From the human T2T-CHM13v2.0 reference genome, Homo sapiens: 64,000 nt of DNA. The notes below the pieces were generated by a model. That model worked only from the letters and a program-made list of their open reading frames with translations. It was not told the DNA's origin and made no database searches. The position numbers were made by a program, and so were the translations under genes. The stretch lies in assembly GCF_009914755.1 (NCBI RefSeq), contig NC_060936.1, one strand, 5' to 3'. This document shows positions 51,754-62,400 of the stretch, one piece after another. The number at the start of each line of letters is the position of its first letter. The stretch's first letter is position 1.

Positions 51754-52319
51754 TCAAGTCATAGTGATACTGCTGGTCCAGGGACCCTACTTTAAGAACT
51801 ACCGACCTCAGGGAACCTTCACAGTAAGTATCTGTAATGAGTCCAATCAATGAAAACTTCAGTGAATTAGACTTCATTAGAATTACTTCAACTTTGTTTT
51901 GGGAAAGTCTATAGACATTTTTGTTTAATGCTGCATACATATGCATTATCTCCACCTAGGCATCAAATAAATATTCTTTGGGGTACTGATCTAATGAGAA
52001 TACTGGTAGATATAAATGCTCTTCCATTTGCATTTTAATTATTTGAAAACTAATGTTCACAAATTCACTCCCTGGTGCTCTAATCATTTCCTCTACTATT
52101 CAATGCTTATCAAAGCAAGTCATTAATAAAATAGATCAACACAAAATGTTTTATGATGTGAAGAAAGTAGAGTCCCAAAGAATGCATCTCACAACCTTAG
52201 AGAAAATAAATGAAATAGAAACCTAGAACTGCTTCACTGAACTATGAGTGATGATTTGTTGAATGCCTCAAGAGGAAGTAAAAAGTTACATTTGCATCAT
52301 TTCTGTATTTGATCAGCCG

Positions 52320-52604
52320 TTGTTTACCTGACTTGTTCTTAGGCTGCCTTAGATTCTGAGCTGGCTTCCCTTTAGGCTTTTTCATAAACAAATAACTGGA
52401 AATGTCTCTAAGGAGGGGAGAGACCAGTTCCTCATTGCAGCTGGTAGCAAGGTTGCTTTCACTCAGCCAGGAGGACGCATTGTTACAGGTGTGGAACTTG
52501 TTGCTCCGAGCCCTCGCCTGGCAGCTCACTCTGGATCTGCGGGTTCTGAGGAGCCTCGGGACCCACCTGGGTGCAGTTGCCTTCAGGGACAGACCATCTT
52601 ACAG
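52320..52604 (+). other. PLEKHG7: Putative non-coding exon 1 / promoter region of PLEKHG7 (C12orf74); start approximate
   Basis: Locally GC/CpG-enriched unique sequence ending in the donor CAG|GTATTA at 52604/52605; consistent with my recollection of the gene structure. The TSS cannot be determined from sequence. Confidence 0.6.
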
Positions 52605-53576
52605 GTATTAAAGGCAACATTCAGCTGCTTTCTGGGTTTCTCTCTTGCACTTTCCTTTTGTCCTATTGCTATCAGTTTCGCTTGTTTTGCTGATCTCTCC
52701 AGGTCTCATTAGAATTAGTGAATCATTAACCTGCAATGGTTTCATTTCTAGTACAGTGAGATGGCTTCCCCAACAGTGTGGGTGGGTGTTTGCTGGATTC
52801 TCAAAGCTTGGAAGGTCAAAGGTTGGTGAATTTTCTTTATGGTGACCATGTATTAATTTCCTCTTTTAAACATAAAGAAGAGTTAGCATGAATGGATTGA
52901 CTTGTTAACTTTTGATTCTACCAGATCCACTGGGTGTAGTCATTTAGGGAAAGCTTCCCAGGAGCCTTAGCCATTATCTCATTTAATTTCTGCAACAGGC
53001 CTGTGAGGGAGGTTCTTTGATGTCCTCTTGGTAAATGCTGCATGGCAGTTGGCAGAGGAGAAGTGGCTTGTCCTAGGTCACACAGCCAATTGGCGGTGAT
53101 ACTGGAAGAGAAACCAGACCCATTTCTTCTGGTGCTTGAGCTCTTCCTGCCTTTCTGCAAACCACCTCCCTAAGCCCTGCTGTTTTTAAAGTTTCTCCAT
53201 TTCCGCAGTGCATCATGTCGGCAGTTACTATTGCCTTGGTTCCAATATTTAAGACAGTGGCTAATAAATAATTCTTACCGATGTGAATCCTATTGGCCAT
53301 AAATAACTTCCTACCAGCAGCTACACCCCTGTGTCTGAACGACTACAAAGGAAACCCAAAGCCGTATCCTAACCCCTCAAAAGAGGAGAGGAAAAGGCCA
53401 GAAGGACAGAGGGGAAACCCAAAGACTAAGAAATCTGATCTAACTATTATGCAAGTGCCTATGCAAATATACTGAATTCCTTTAACATTGTTGCTGCCTA
53501 GAACTTGGACAGTCTTCTAAAGGAGAAAAATAATAGAACGGCCCTGATTGTATGTATGTGTGAAAGTACCTATTGA

Positions 53577-53755
53577 TTCAAAATTAGCTGGGTGGGGTGG
53601 TAAGCATCCATAGCCCCAACTACTCAGGAGCACTGCAGCATGAGGATTCTGTGAGGCTAGGAGTTTGAGGTTACAGTGCGATATGATCACACCTCTGCAC
53701 TCAGCCTGGGCGACAGAGCCAGACTCCATCTCTAAAAAGAAAAAAAAAAAGAAAG
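53577..53755 (+). mobile_element. Alu right-arm monomer (FRAM/AluJ)
   Basis: aaattagctggg...gcctgggcgacagagccagactccatctc + poly(A). Confidence 0.85.
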
Positions 53756-54185
53756 AAAGTACCTATAGATTTGATGCTCAGCTCAGCATTTGTTTGTTGG
53801 GAGAATGAGGAACTGGCCTCTCCATGTAGCAACAATGTACCTTATTTTATCAATGGTAGGGAGGGACCATTTCATACCTCTCCAGCAATGTTGGTATCAA
53901 CCTTCAGAGCAGCCTCCAGGAATTACCAATCTAAAACCAAAACTAGTACAATCTCACCTTAACTGAACATAAGTTTCCTAAACTGGCATTGCCCTCTTTC
54001 CTCCACTCTGCAAAAAAGGGTACCTCATGGGTTTTAGTTCTACATGTGAAGTTCTATAACAATTGAGTCCTCAGCTCAAAATAAAGCAAACACAACATTA
54101 AGAATTTTAGATTTCTTTTGTGAATAAGAGTTGAATTGACGTTAGTTTGCATCTAAGTTGTTCCTCAAACAACTCACCAGTCTGA

Positions 54186-54383
<198 letters not shown>

Positions 54384-56103
54384 TAAAATAAGAGACCACA
54401 AAGTCCCCAAAATCAATGTCAAGTCACAACATTGTCATGACAATGTCATAACATTGAGCTCCTCCTCTACTGATAGGAATAGATCAAACAACCTATTAAT
54501 TATCTATTCACAAGGTTGTTGGACTTCTATGACTGACACAGATTAAAAGAAACAAAGAGGAGAGAGTGGTTGCCATAGGCAAGTACAAAAAGCATAGTGA
54601 GAAGTAAGGAATAAAAATTAGGGAGTACATTGGTGTGGGGCCATTTGGTGTGGGAGTGAATATTCAGATGCTATAGAAGCCTGTAACAATTATTGTATTC
54701 TCCACAGAACTATAGTAAACATAGTAGTAATCACTGTATTTTGGCAAAGTACTAGAATGATAGTCAACAGAATGAGGTCAGGTTATAAGGAAAAGGTTTA
54801 TTGGTTTTCAGCCTTCTCTATATCAAGTTAAAGAAGCAAATAATACACCCTAGAAAAGTTCTACTAAAAAGTATTGCCCATGCAATTAAAATTATAAGAA
54901 GTAAATTATTAGCCATTCTTAAATTTTGGCTATCCAAATGTGGGCAAAGGGTTTCAGATTGCTGAGTTCTGCTTTAGAATGATAAACTTACTAAAACTAT
55001 TATTGATGATCTTGGAATATACGGTCAACTACTAATGTTCCATCCACAAACAATCCACGCACAGTCTGAAGCCACCTCCCATGCCATCTGCGGCCAGGGA
55101 AGATGGGTCTCTCGCCTGTCCCACAGTCCCACACCTGGTCTGCAAATCATCAAGCATCAACTCTCATGCCATAAGGGATGTGTAAGGATTGATGTTTTCC
55201 CACACATACCTTCTTCATGTGGGAAAGTACAGAATAACGAAACTGCAATAAGCCACTCCCATGAATCAAGCTGTGAAATGGAAGGGTCAGCTTTTCTTGA
55301 GCATGAGAAGAGATAATTCTGCATGCATAGATTGCAAAAAACACCTCCAATCATGAACAGTAGGGTACCTGGTGATGTCTGGGTTTTTCTTTTCAAACCT
55401 GCAAGTCCTTTTTCCAAAATGTAAAGATTGATAGAATCTAAGATAAAAGACGTTGTCAGATACTTTACATCAGTTACCTTCAAAGCCTGTCTCATTCTGT
55501 AATTTAAACCTTGAGGGAAGGAGGCTTGTTTTCCTTGTTCTTGCATCCCCAGAATGCACCACAATATGTACATACATACATAAATGTAGATGATAAGGAG
55601 GATTTAATGTATATTTGATTCTCTTAAAATGGAATAATCACAAGGGGAGGAGCTATGTGGTTTCCAGGAAGTACCTTAAGTTACCAAAGTTTTTAAAGGC
55701 TTTTTTGTTTGAACCTAGAAGGAATATTAAGTAGACAGTAAACAGACTTCAATACGCTATTTAGATGAGAAGGCTGGAGTCACGTATATTAATTATCTTC
55801 TGAACGTAAAGGATGCTGATGTGAACTGAGCTCTATTGCCTATGAAGAATTAGAAGTTTTCCTTTGAAATTTTAGACCTTTTTTCTCACTGCAGTCTCCC
55901 TCATTTGCTACATATTTCACAGTCTGCTCTTCCTCACTACAGATGCAATAACCTGCTTGACATTCTCCTCTGGAAAAGGAAAAGAACTACGAGAGGAAGC
56001 ATGGCACTTGGATGCAGAAATTGAGCACCCTCCATGTGATCCAGAGAACAGCAACTCATACGTCTTCTGGAACCTTCTACCAACAGTAGAACCTCTTAGC
56101 TTT

Positions 56104-56610
56104 ATGGAGAAAACAGAGTCATTCTGTCCAGAGGTGCCACCCCAAGACTGTGGAGCCTCTCCTCGGCCCTCGCTGAGGAGCCTGCCAAAGAACCAGGGGA
56201 GTCTCCTCCAGTTTGACCGGCAAGCCCCAGGCCGCATCTCCACCTCGCCCACTTTGAGGAGATTAAGGACCCGTGGCTGTGGGACAAGGCAGGATGCCTG
56301 GCAGGTGACCACCTGGGGAAGCTGGGGAGCTCCTGTGGGCTTCCCATGTTACCTTTCGAAGAGCCTGCCAGGAAGCCCAAAGGATTCTTCACACTTGCTG
56401 TCACCCTTGAGACTCCACTCAAGATTGACCTCTGAACCTGAAAGGGCCCTGAATGCAGCTGACTCACTGGAGCCCCAAACCCGGCCCACTGACAAGTATC
56501 TCCCTCCTGAGCTTCAGCCTGTCAATGAAGGGTCCCTTCACCAGGCCTCTCTTCGGCAGCAAGAAGGCCACTTCCTGCCCAGCCCCACCCTACGACACCC
56601 TAGTCCTCAG
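56104..56610 (+). CDS. PLEKHG7: PLEKHG7 long-isoform / C12orf74 first coding exon (169 codons; exon spans 55943-56610)
   Basis: Non-repeat, GC-rich ORF MEKTESFCPEVPPQDCG...LRHPSPQ recognised as C12orf74/PLEKHG7 N-terminus; acceptor ctcttcctcactacAG (55941-55942); donor CAG|GTAACA at 56610/56611, phase 0. Confidence 0.9.
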
Positions 56611-57121
56611 GTAACACAGCTCTAAGCCTCCGGCCTCTCAGTTGCTGAACCACAAAGCAAAATAGATCTCAGAGTTGCTTAGTTCCCCCAAGGGCCAGTA
56701 GATCCTAAAAAGGAGACAGCACAGGAAGTCACACTGAGGGGACACATTCTCTTTAGGAAGCATTGGCTCTTAAGTGAAAGGAGGGCAGCAATCTGGGGAG
56801 GAAAGAAAATGATCTCGCTCACTTTCTTCTGTCCTTAGAGGCACTTTGAGAAAGGATGCACCAAGGCCAGGCTTACCGATGGTCTGTCAGGTACCCGAGA
56901 GCAATGGGGGCCCTCTTGCAAATGCACACTATTTAAAGACAACGTCGTGTCACTGATTTAAAAGGGGAGAAAGAGCCAGTTATTCAAATTTCCAATCCCA
57001 CCAAAATGTAAAACATGTTTTAACTAGGAGGGCTCATTGTTTCTCCTTTCAACATGTTTGCTTTGGAGTTTGGGATGGGTTTGAGCAAGACTAAAACATA
57101 TGTTCTTAAAATTTATTTCAG

Positions 57122-57187
57122 GGAGAAGAATTGCACCCATCCAGGTGTGTATGCATTTATTTTCTCCGGTGCTATGACATCTGTTGA
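57122..57187 (+). CDS. PLEKHG7: Next exon: 23-nt micro-exon (57122-57144) or read-through terminal exon encoding GEELHPSRCVCIYFLRCYDIC* (C12orf74-type, 190 aa total)
   Basis: Acceptor atttatttcAG (57120-57121); in frame with the previous exon; internal donor CAG|GTGTGT at 57144/57145; TGA at 57185-57187. Confidence 0.85.
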   Translation, partial: GEELHPSRCVCIYFLRCYDIC

Positions 57188-57975
57188 CTATTTACTATTA
57201 GATTTTTATTTCTGTCCTGACATAACAAAGCTGACGGTGTGTTAACCAGTGCACTTTGTTTTATAGCACTCAAGTCACTCTTCGCATTTATAGGTGCACG
57301 AGTTTTCATTTCAAGAGTCTCCCTTTAAGAGCACAGCATTTGGGGGCAGGATACAATGCCATATGCAGTCATAGTTTTCATTTTGAATTGTCAATGTCTT
57401 GGCCCTGTGGCTTAATTAACATCCACTTAGTAATAGGTTTTGTCTGGTAGAGAAAATAGAAAGGCCAGAGATATGCAACAGCTTTTCAAAGAAAAATTTG
57501 GAGGATAAAAGAAAGGAACAAGATGTCCTGGTTAAATCTAGGGTGACCTTTAAAATAACCTGTTATGACAGACTGTGCCCTTATCCAGAATGAAGTAGAC
57601 TGTGTCATTTCCAAAACCAGCTCTGAACTTTCAGCACGGCCCCCTGGTTGTAGCAATGGATCTGCCATCTCTGACAGGGATGAAGAGTTTCTGCAGCAGC
57701 AAGGGAAAGATCCATGCCCAATTTTATCTTCCTGACTTGTGGGATTGGCAGGAAAGCCCTCATTTCATTTGAAAAGTCACAGAGGATTTTTTTGGAGAAA
57801 TAGCTGCTGTTTTATTACTGGACCTCAATCCTCAAGCAATAGTTTGATATTCATAGCAGTAAGGATAACATCCATGTACACATTCTTTGTTGATTTTAAT
57901 CCTTGTTGGCCTAATTGTACCAACAAAGGTAGAAGATACTTACCAAGCCATAGGGAAATGCAAATTGTTATGTCT

Positions 57976-58405
57976 GTGTATCAGCTAGCTGTTGCTAGAT
58001 AAAAAACCACTTAAAGTAACAGACAGTTATTGTTTCTTATAAATCTCTGTGTTCCCTGGGGGTGACTTGGTCTAGGCTGGGTTTAGCTGAGCAGTTCCAC
58101 TCCAAATGTTCCTTATCCTGCTCATGGGATCAAAGGGCTCCCATGGGTCCATGGGATCAATTAAGCAGATTCTTTATACAGTGAAGGGAGAGGTTCAAGA
58201 GGACAAGTAGAAACATGCAAGGCCTCTTGGAGCCTGGGCTCTGAATCTGGTCTAATTTTATTGACCAAAGCAAGTCACTCAGTTGAACTCAGCGTCAGGG
58301 AATTACATGTTACCAACAGTGGGAGAGCATTGAAATGTTACATGGCAAAGTGTATGGATGTAAGGAATGGGGAAGAGTGGGGCTGTTAATGTAAATCTTC
58401 CATAC
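57976..58405 (-). mobile_element. Old MLT1 LTR, followed by L2 fragments to ~59020
   Basis: tgtatcagctagctgttgct...gaaacatgcaaggcctcttggagcctgggctctgaa...ttgaccaaagcaagtcac; then the L2-like caggtttggacatgttgagtttgagg. Confidence 0.7.
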
Positions 58406-59232
58406 ATGTGAAACAGAATAAAGCTCTCAGATGAGATCTAGTTCAGTTGTGTCAAAGAAAGTGGAAAAGGGTAGTCTTAGAAAAAAAAATTATGTTTAGA
58501 GTCGAATTATTTTAATAAGATTTTGAGAAATTTTATTCCTTACCCTAAGAGCAGTGTGAAACCATTTGATGAATTGATATGATCAGATGGATGTCAGATA
58601 TACCTGGGATTTAGATGCAAGTAGACTTGAGTCAAATAATTCGAATGTTCAGGTATGAGAAGTTGTTAAGTTAGATTATGATGAAGGCAGTGGGGTTAAA
58701 AAGAAGTATCTCAATGCAAGAGATATTTAGGAGATACAATCCCCCAGACTTTGTGAATGGTAGCCTATCAGGGTGAGGGAAAGGAATCTTCAAGAATGAC
58801 CTCCAAGCTTCTGGCTTGTTCAACTGGGTAACCAAGGTGTCCATTCACTGACCTAGATAAACTTGGGTAAAGAAATTAAATATGAGTGGTTAGAGTGTAG
58901 GTCTTGTGTTCAGGTTTGGACATGTTGAGTTTGAGGAACTATGAAACATCTAAGTGGAGATTTTGAGTAAATAATTGGTTAGAGAAGGCACCAGGGGTGG
59001 ATGTACTATATGTATATTTGTGAGTCTTAAATCAAGGAATGTTTCCTAGAGCAGGTAAAGTCTGGGTCCAGCTCTGATTATTAGATGGAGCCGGCAGACA
59101 TAAAGGCAGATCAATGGGATGCATGAAGCCATTTGCAAAAAAATGATGTGAAGGTAATTTCCATTGCCATATGAAATCTGTGAGGAAATAACAAAAATAG
59201 TCTTGGTAAATTTTAAAAGAACAGCTAGGTCA

Positions 59233-59402
59233 GGCTGGGCACAATGGCTCATGCCTATAATCCCAGCACTGTGGAAGGGCCAGGCAGGCGGATCACTTGA
59301 GGTCAGGAGTTTGAGATCAGCCTGGCCAACATAGTGAAACCTCATCTCTACTAAAAATATTTTTTCTTTAAATAAGCTGGGTGTGGTGGTGGGCACCTAT
59401 AA
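59233..59402 (+). mobile_element. 3'-truncated Alu fused to HERV-L
   Basis: Left arm, linker and ~25 nt of right arm; no poly(A) and no TSD. Confidence 0.9.
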
Positions 59403-62400
59403 CTCCCTTCTTAGCCTGTTGACTTAAAGGTAGGAGGAGCCCAAAGTGTCCAGGTGGCAATTTTAACTTCAGTTTAATGGAAACTTTCTTGCGTCTCCTG
59501 GTGGCAGTGTTCCTCCCTCTGGAACTAAGACCTCTAGGCCAGCAGAACGTAATGTCACAGGAACAGGAGGCAAAAATTTGGCTAGTGGATCACTAGGGGT
59601 GATGATGAGTAGTGCCACTTTGACTTCCACCCCTTGATTCCTGAACCTGTGAATCCTGGCTATGGGAGAAACAGTACCATATATTGGATGCTGATTCAGA
59701 GCATTACATGGCCATCCAGAAAACTTTGTCCCAGCCCTGCAAAGTATTGTCACCTAGTTGGCACTACGATTGTGACTTCAAAAGGCCATTCCACCATTCT
59801 GTCAATCTAGCTGCTTCAGGATAATGGGGAACATGGTAAGACCAGTGAATTCCATGAGCATGAACCCACTGTCGCACTGCTTTGTCCATAAAGTGAGTGC
59901 CTTGGTCAGAGGCAATGCTGTGTGGAATACCATGATGGTGGATAAGGCATTCCATGAGCCCACAGATGGTAGTTTTGCCAGAAGCACTGCATACAGGATA
60001 GGCAAACCCATATTCGGAGTAAGTATCTATCCCAGTGAGGACAAACCTCTGCCCTTTTCATGATGGAAGAAGTTCAGTATAATCAACCTGCCACCAGGTA
60101 GCTGTCTGATCACCCCAAGGAATGGTGCCATATCGAGGGCTCAGTGTTGATCTATGCTGCTGGCAAACTGGGCACTCAGAAGTGGCTGTAGCCAGGTCAG
60201 CCTTGGTGAGTGGAAGTCCACTTTACTGAGCTTATGAGTAACCTCCATCCCTACCACCATGGCTACTTTGTTCATGGGCCCATCGGGCAATGACAGGGGC
60301 AGCTGGGGAAAGAGGCTGAGTGGTGTCCACAGAACGGGTCATCCTATCCACTTGATTATTAAAATCCTCCTCTGCTGAGGTCACCCATTCATGAGCACCT
60401 ACGTGGGGTACAAATATCTTCACAGTTTTTGACCACTCAGAGAGGTCTATCCACATACCCCTTCCCCAAATTTCTTTGTCACCAATTTTCCAATCATACT
60501 TCTTCCAAGCCCCTGACCATCCAGCCAATCCATTGGCTGCAGCCCATAAATCAGTATATAATCGCACATCTGGCCATTTCTCCCTCCATGCAAAGTACAC
60601 AACCAGGTGTACTCCTCGAAGTTCTGCCCACTGGGAAGATTTCCTTTCACCGTTATCCTTCAGGGATGTCCCAGAAAAGGCTTGTAGTGCTACAGCTGTC
60701 CACTTTTGGGTGGTGCCTGCATATTGTGCAGAATAATCTGTGAATCAGACCCTAGTCTTCTCTTCCTCTGTCAGTTGGTCATAGGGAACTCCCCATGAGG
60801 CCATTGGTGCAGACTGGGGGAGAGAAGGCAGGGTGGCAGGAGTGGAGACCATGAGCATTTGAGCCACTTCCTCATATAACCTACTTGTGCCTTCAGGACC
60901 CGCTTGAGCCCAATCACATATATACCACTTCCATTTGATGATGAAATGCTGCTATGCATGACCCACTTTATGGCTAGATGGGTCAGAAAGCACCCAGTTC
61001 ATGATAGGCAGTTCAGGTCGCATGGTGACTTGATGACCCATAGTCAAATGTTCAGTTTCCACCAAAGCCCAGTAACAGGCCAAGAGCTGTCTCTCAAAAG
61101 GAGAGTAGTTATCTGCAGAAGATGGCAGGGTCTTGCTCCAAAATCCTAGAGGTCTCTGCTGTGATTCACCTATAGGGGACTGCCAAAGGCTCCAAACAGC
61201 ATCTCTGTCTGCCACTGACACCTTAAGCACCATTGGATCTGCTGGGTCATATGGCCCAAGTGGCAGAGCAGCTTGCACAGCAGCCTGGACCTGTTGCAGA
61301 GCCTTCTGTTCTGGACCCCACTCAAAACTGGCCACCTTTCAGGTCACTCGATAAATGGGCCAGAGTAACACACCCAAATGAGGAATGTGTTGCCTCCAAA
61401 ATCCAAATAGGCCTACTAGGCATTGTACCTCTTTCTTGGTTTGAGGAGGGGCCAAATGTAGCAACTTATCTTTCACTTTAGAAGGAATATCTTGAAAGGT
61501 CCCACACCACTGGACCCCTAGAAATTTTACTGAGGTGGAAGTTTTCTGAATTTTAATCAAATTTATGTCCCATCCTCTGGCATGCAAATGTGTCACCAAT
61601 AAGTCCAATGTATTTGCTACTTCTTGCTCACTGGATCCAATCAGCATAATGTCATCAGTGTAATGGACCAGTGTGATATCTTGCGGAGGCGAAAAGCGAT
61701 CAAGGTCTCTCCGAATAAGATTATGACACAAAGCTAGAGAGTTGATATACCCCTGAGGCAGGACAGTAATGGTATATTGCTGGCCTTGCTAGCTGAAGGC
61801 AAATTGCTTCTGGTGGGCCTTATGGACAAGAATGGAGAAAAAGGCATTCGCCAAGTCACTGGCTGCATACCGGTACCAGGAGATGTGTTCATTGGCTCAA
61901 GCAATGAAACCACATCTGGTACAGCAGCTGCAATTGGAGTCACCACTTGGTTAAGCTTACAATAATTCACTGTCATTCTCCAAGATCCATTTGTCTTCTG
62001 CACAGGCCAAATGGGAGAGTTGAACAGGGATGTGGTGGGAATCACCACCCCTGCGTCTTTCGAGTCCTTGATGGTAGCATTAATTTCCACAATCCCTCCA
62101 GGGATGCGATTTTTTTTTATTTACTATTTTTCTAGCTAGAGGTAGCTCTAAATGGCTTCCATTTTGCCTTTCCCTCCGTAATAGCCCTCACCCTACCAGT
62201 CAGGAAGCCAATGTGGGGGTTCTGCCAGCTGCTAAGTATGTCTATGCCAATTATATACTCTGGTCCTGGAAAAATGACCACAAGATGAGTCTGGGGACCC
62301 ACTGGACTCACTGTAAGTCAGACCTGAGCTAAAACTCCATTAATTACCTGACCTCCATAAGCCCCTACTTTAACTGGAGGACCACAATGATGTTTTGGGT

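Noticed and set aside
55917-56467. Antisense ORFs (131 and 121 aa) over the PLEKHG7 exon
   Set aside because: Expected shadow frames of a GC-rich coding exon.
57170-57187. Prenylation signal at the ..CYDIC* C-terminus
   Set aside because: Does not fit CaaX, CC or CXC; the Cys residues are at positions -5 and -1.
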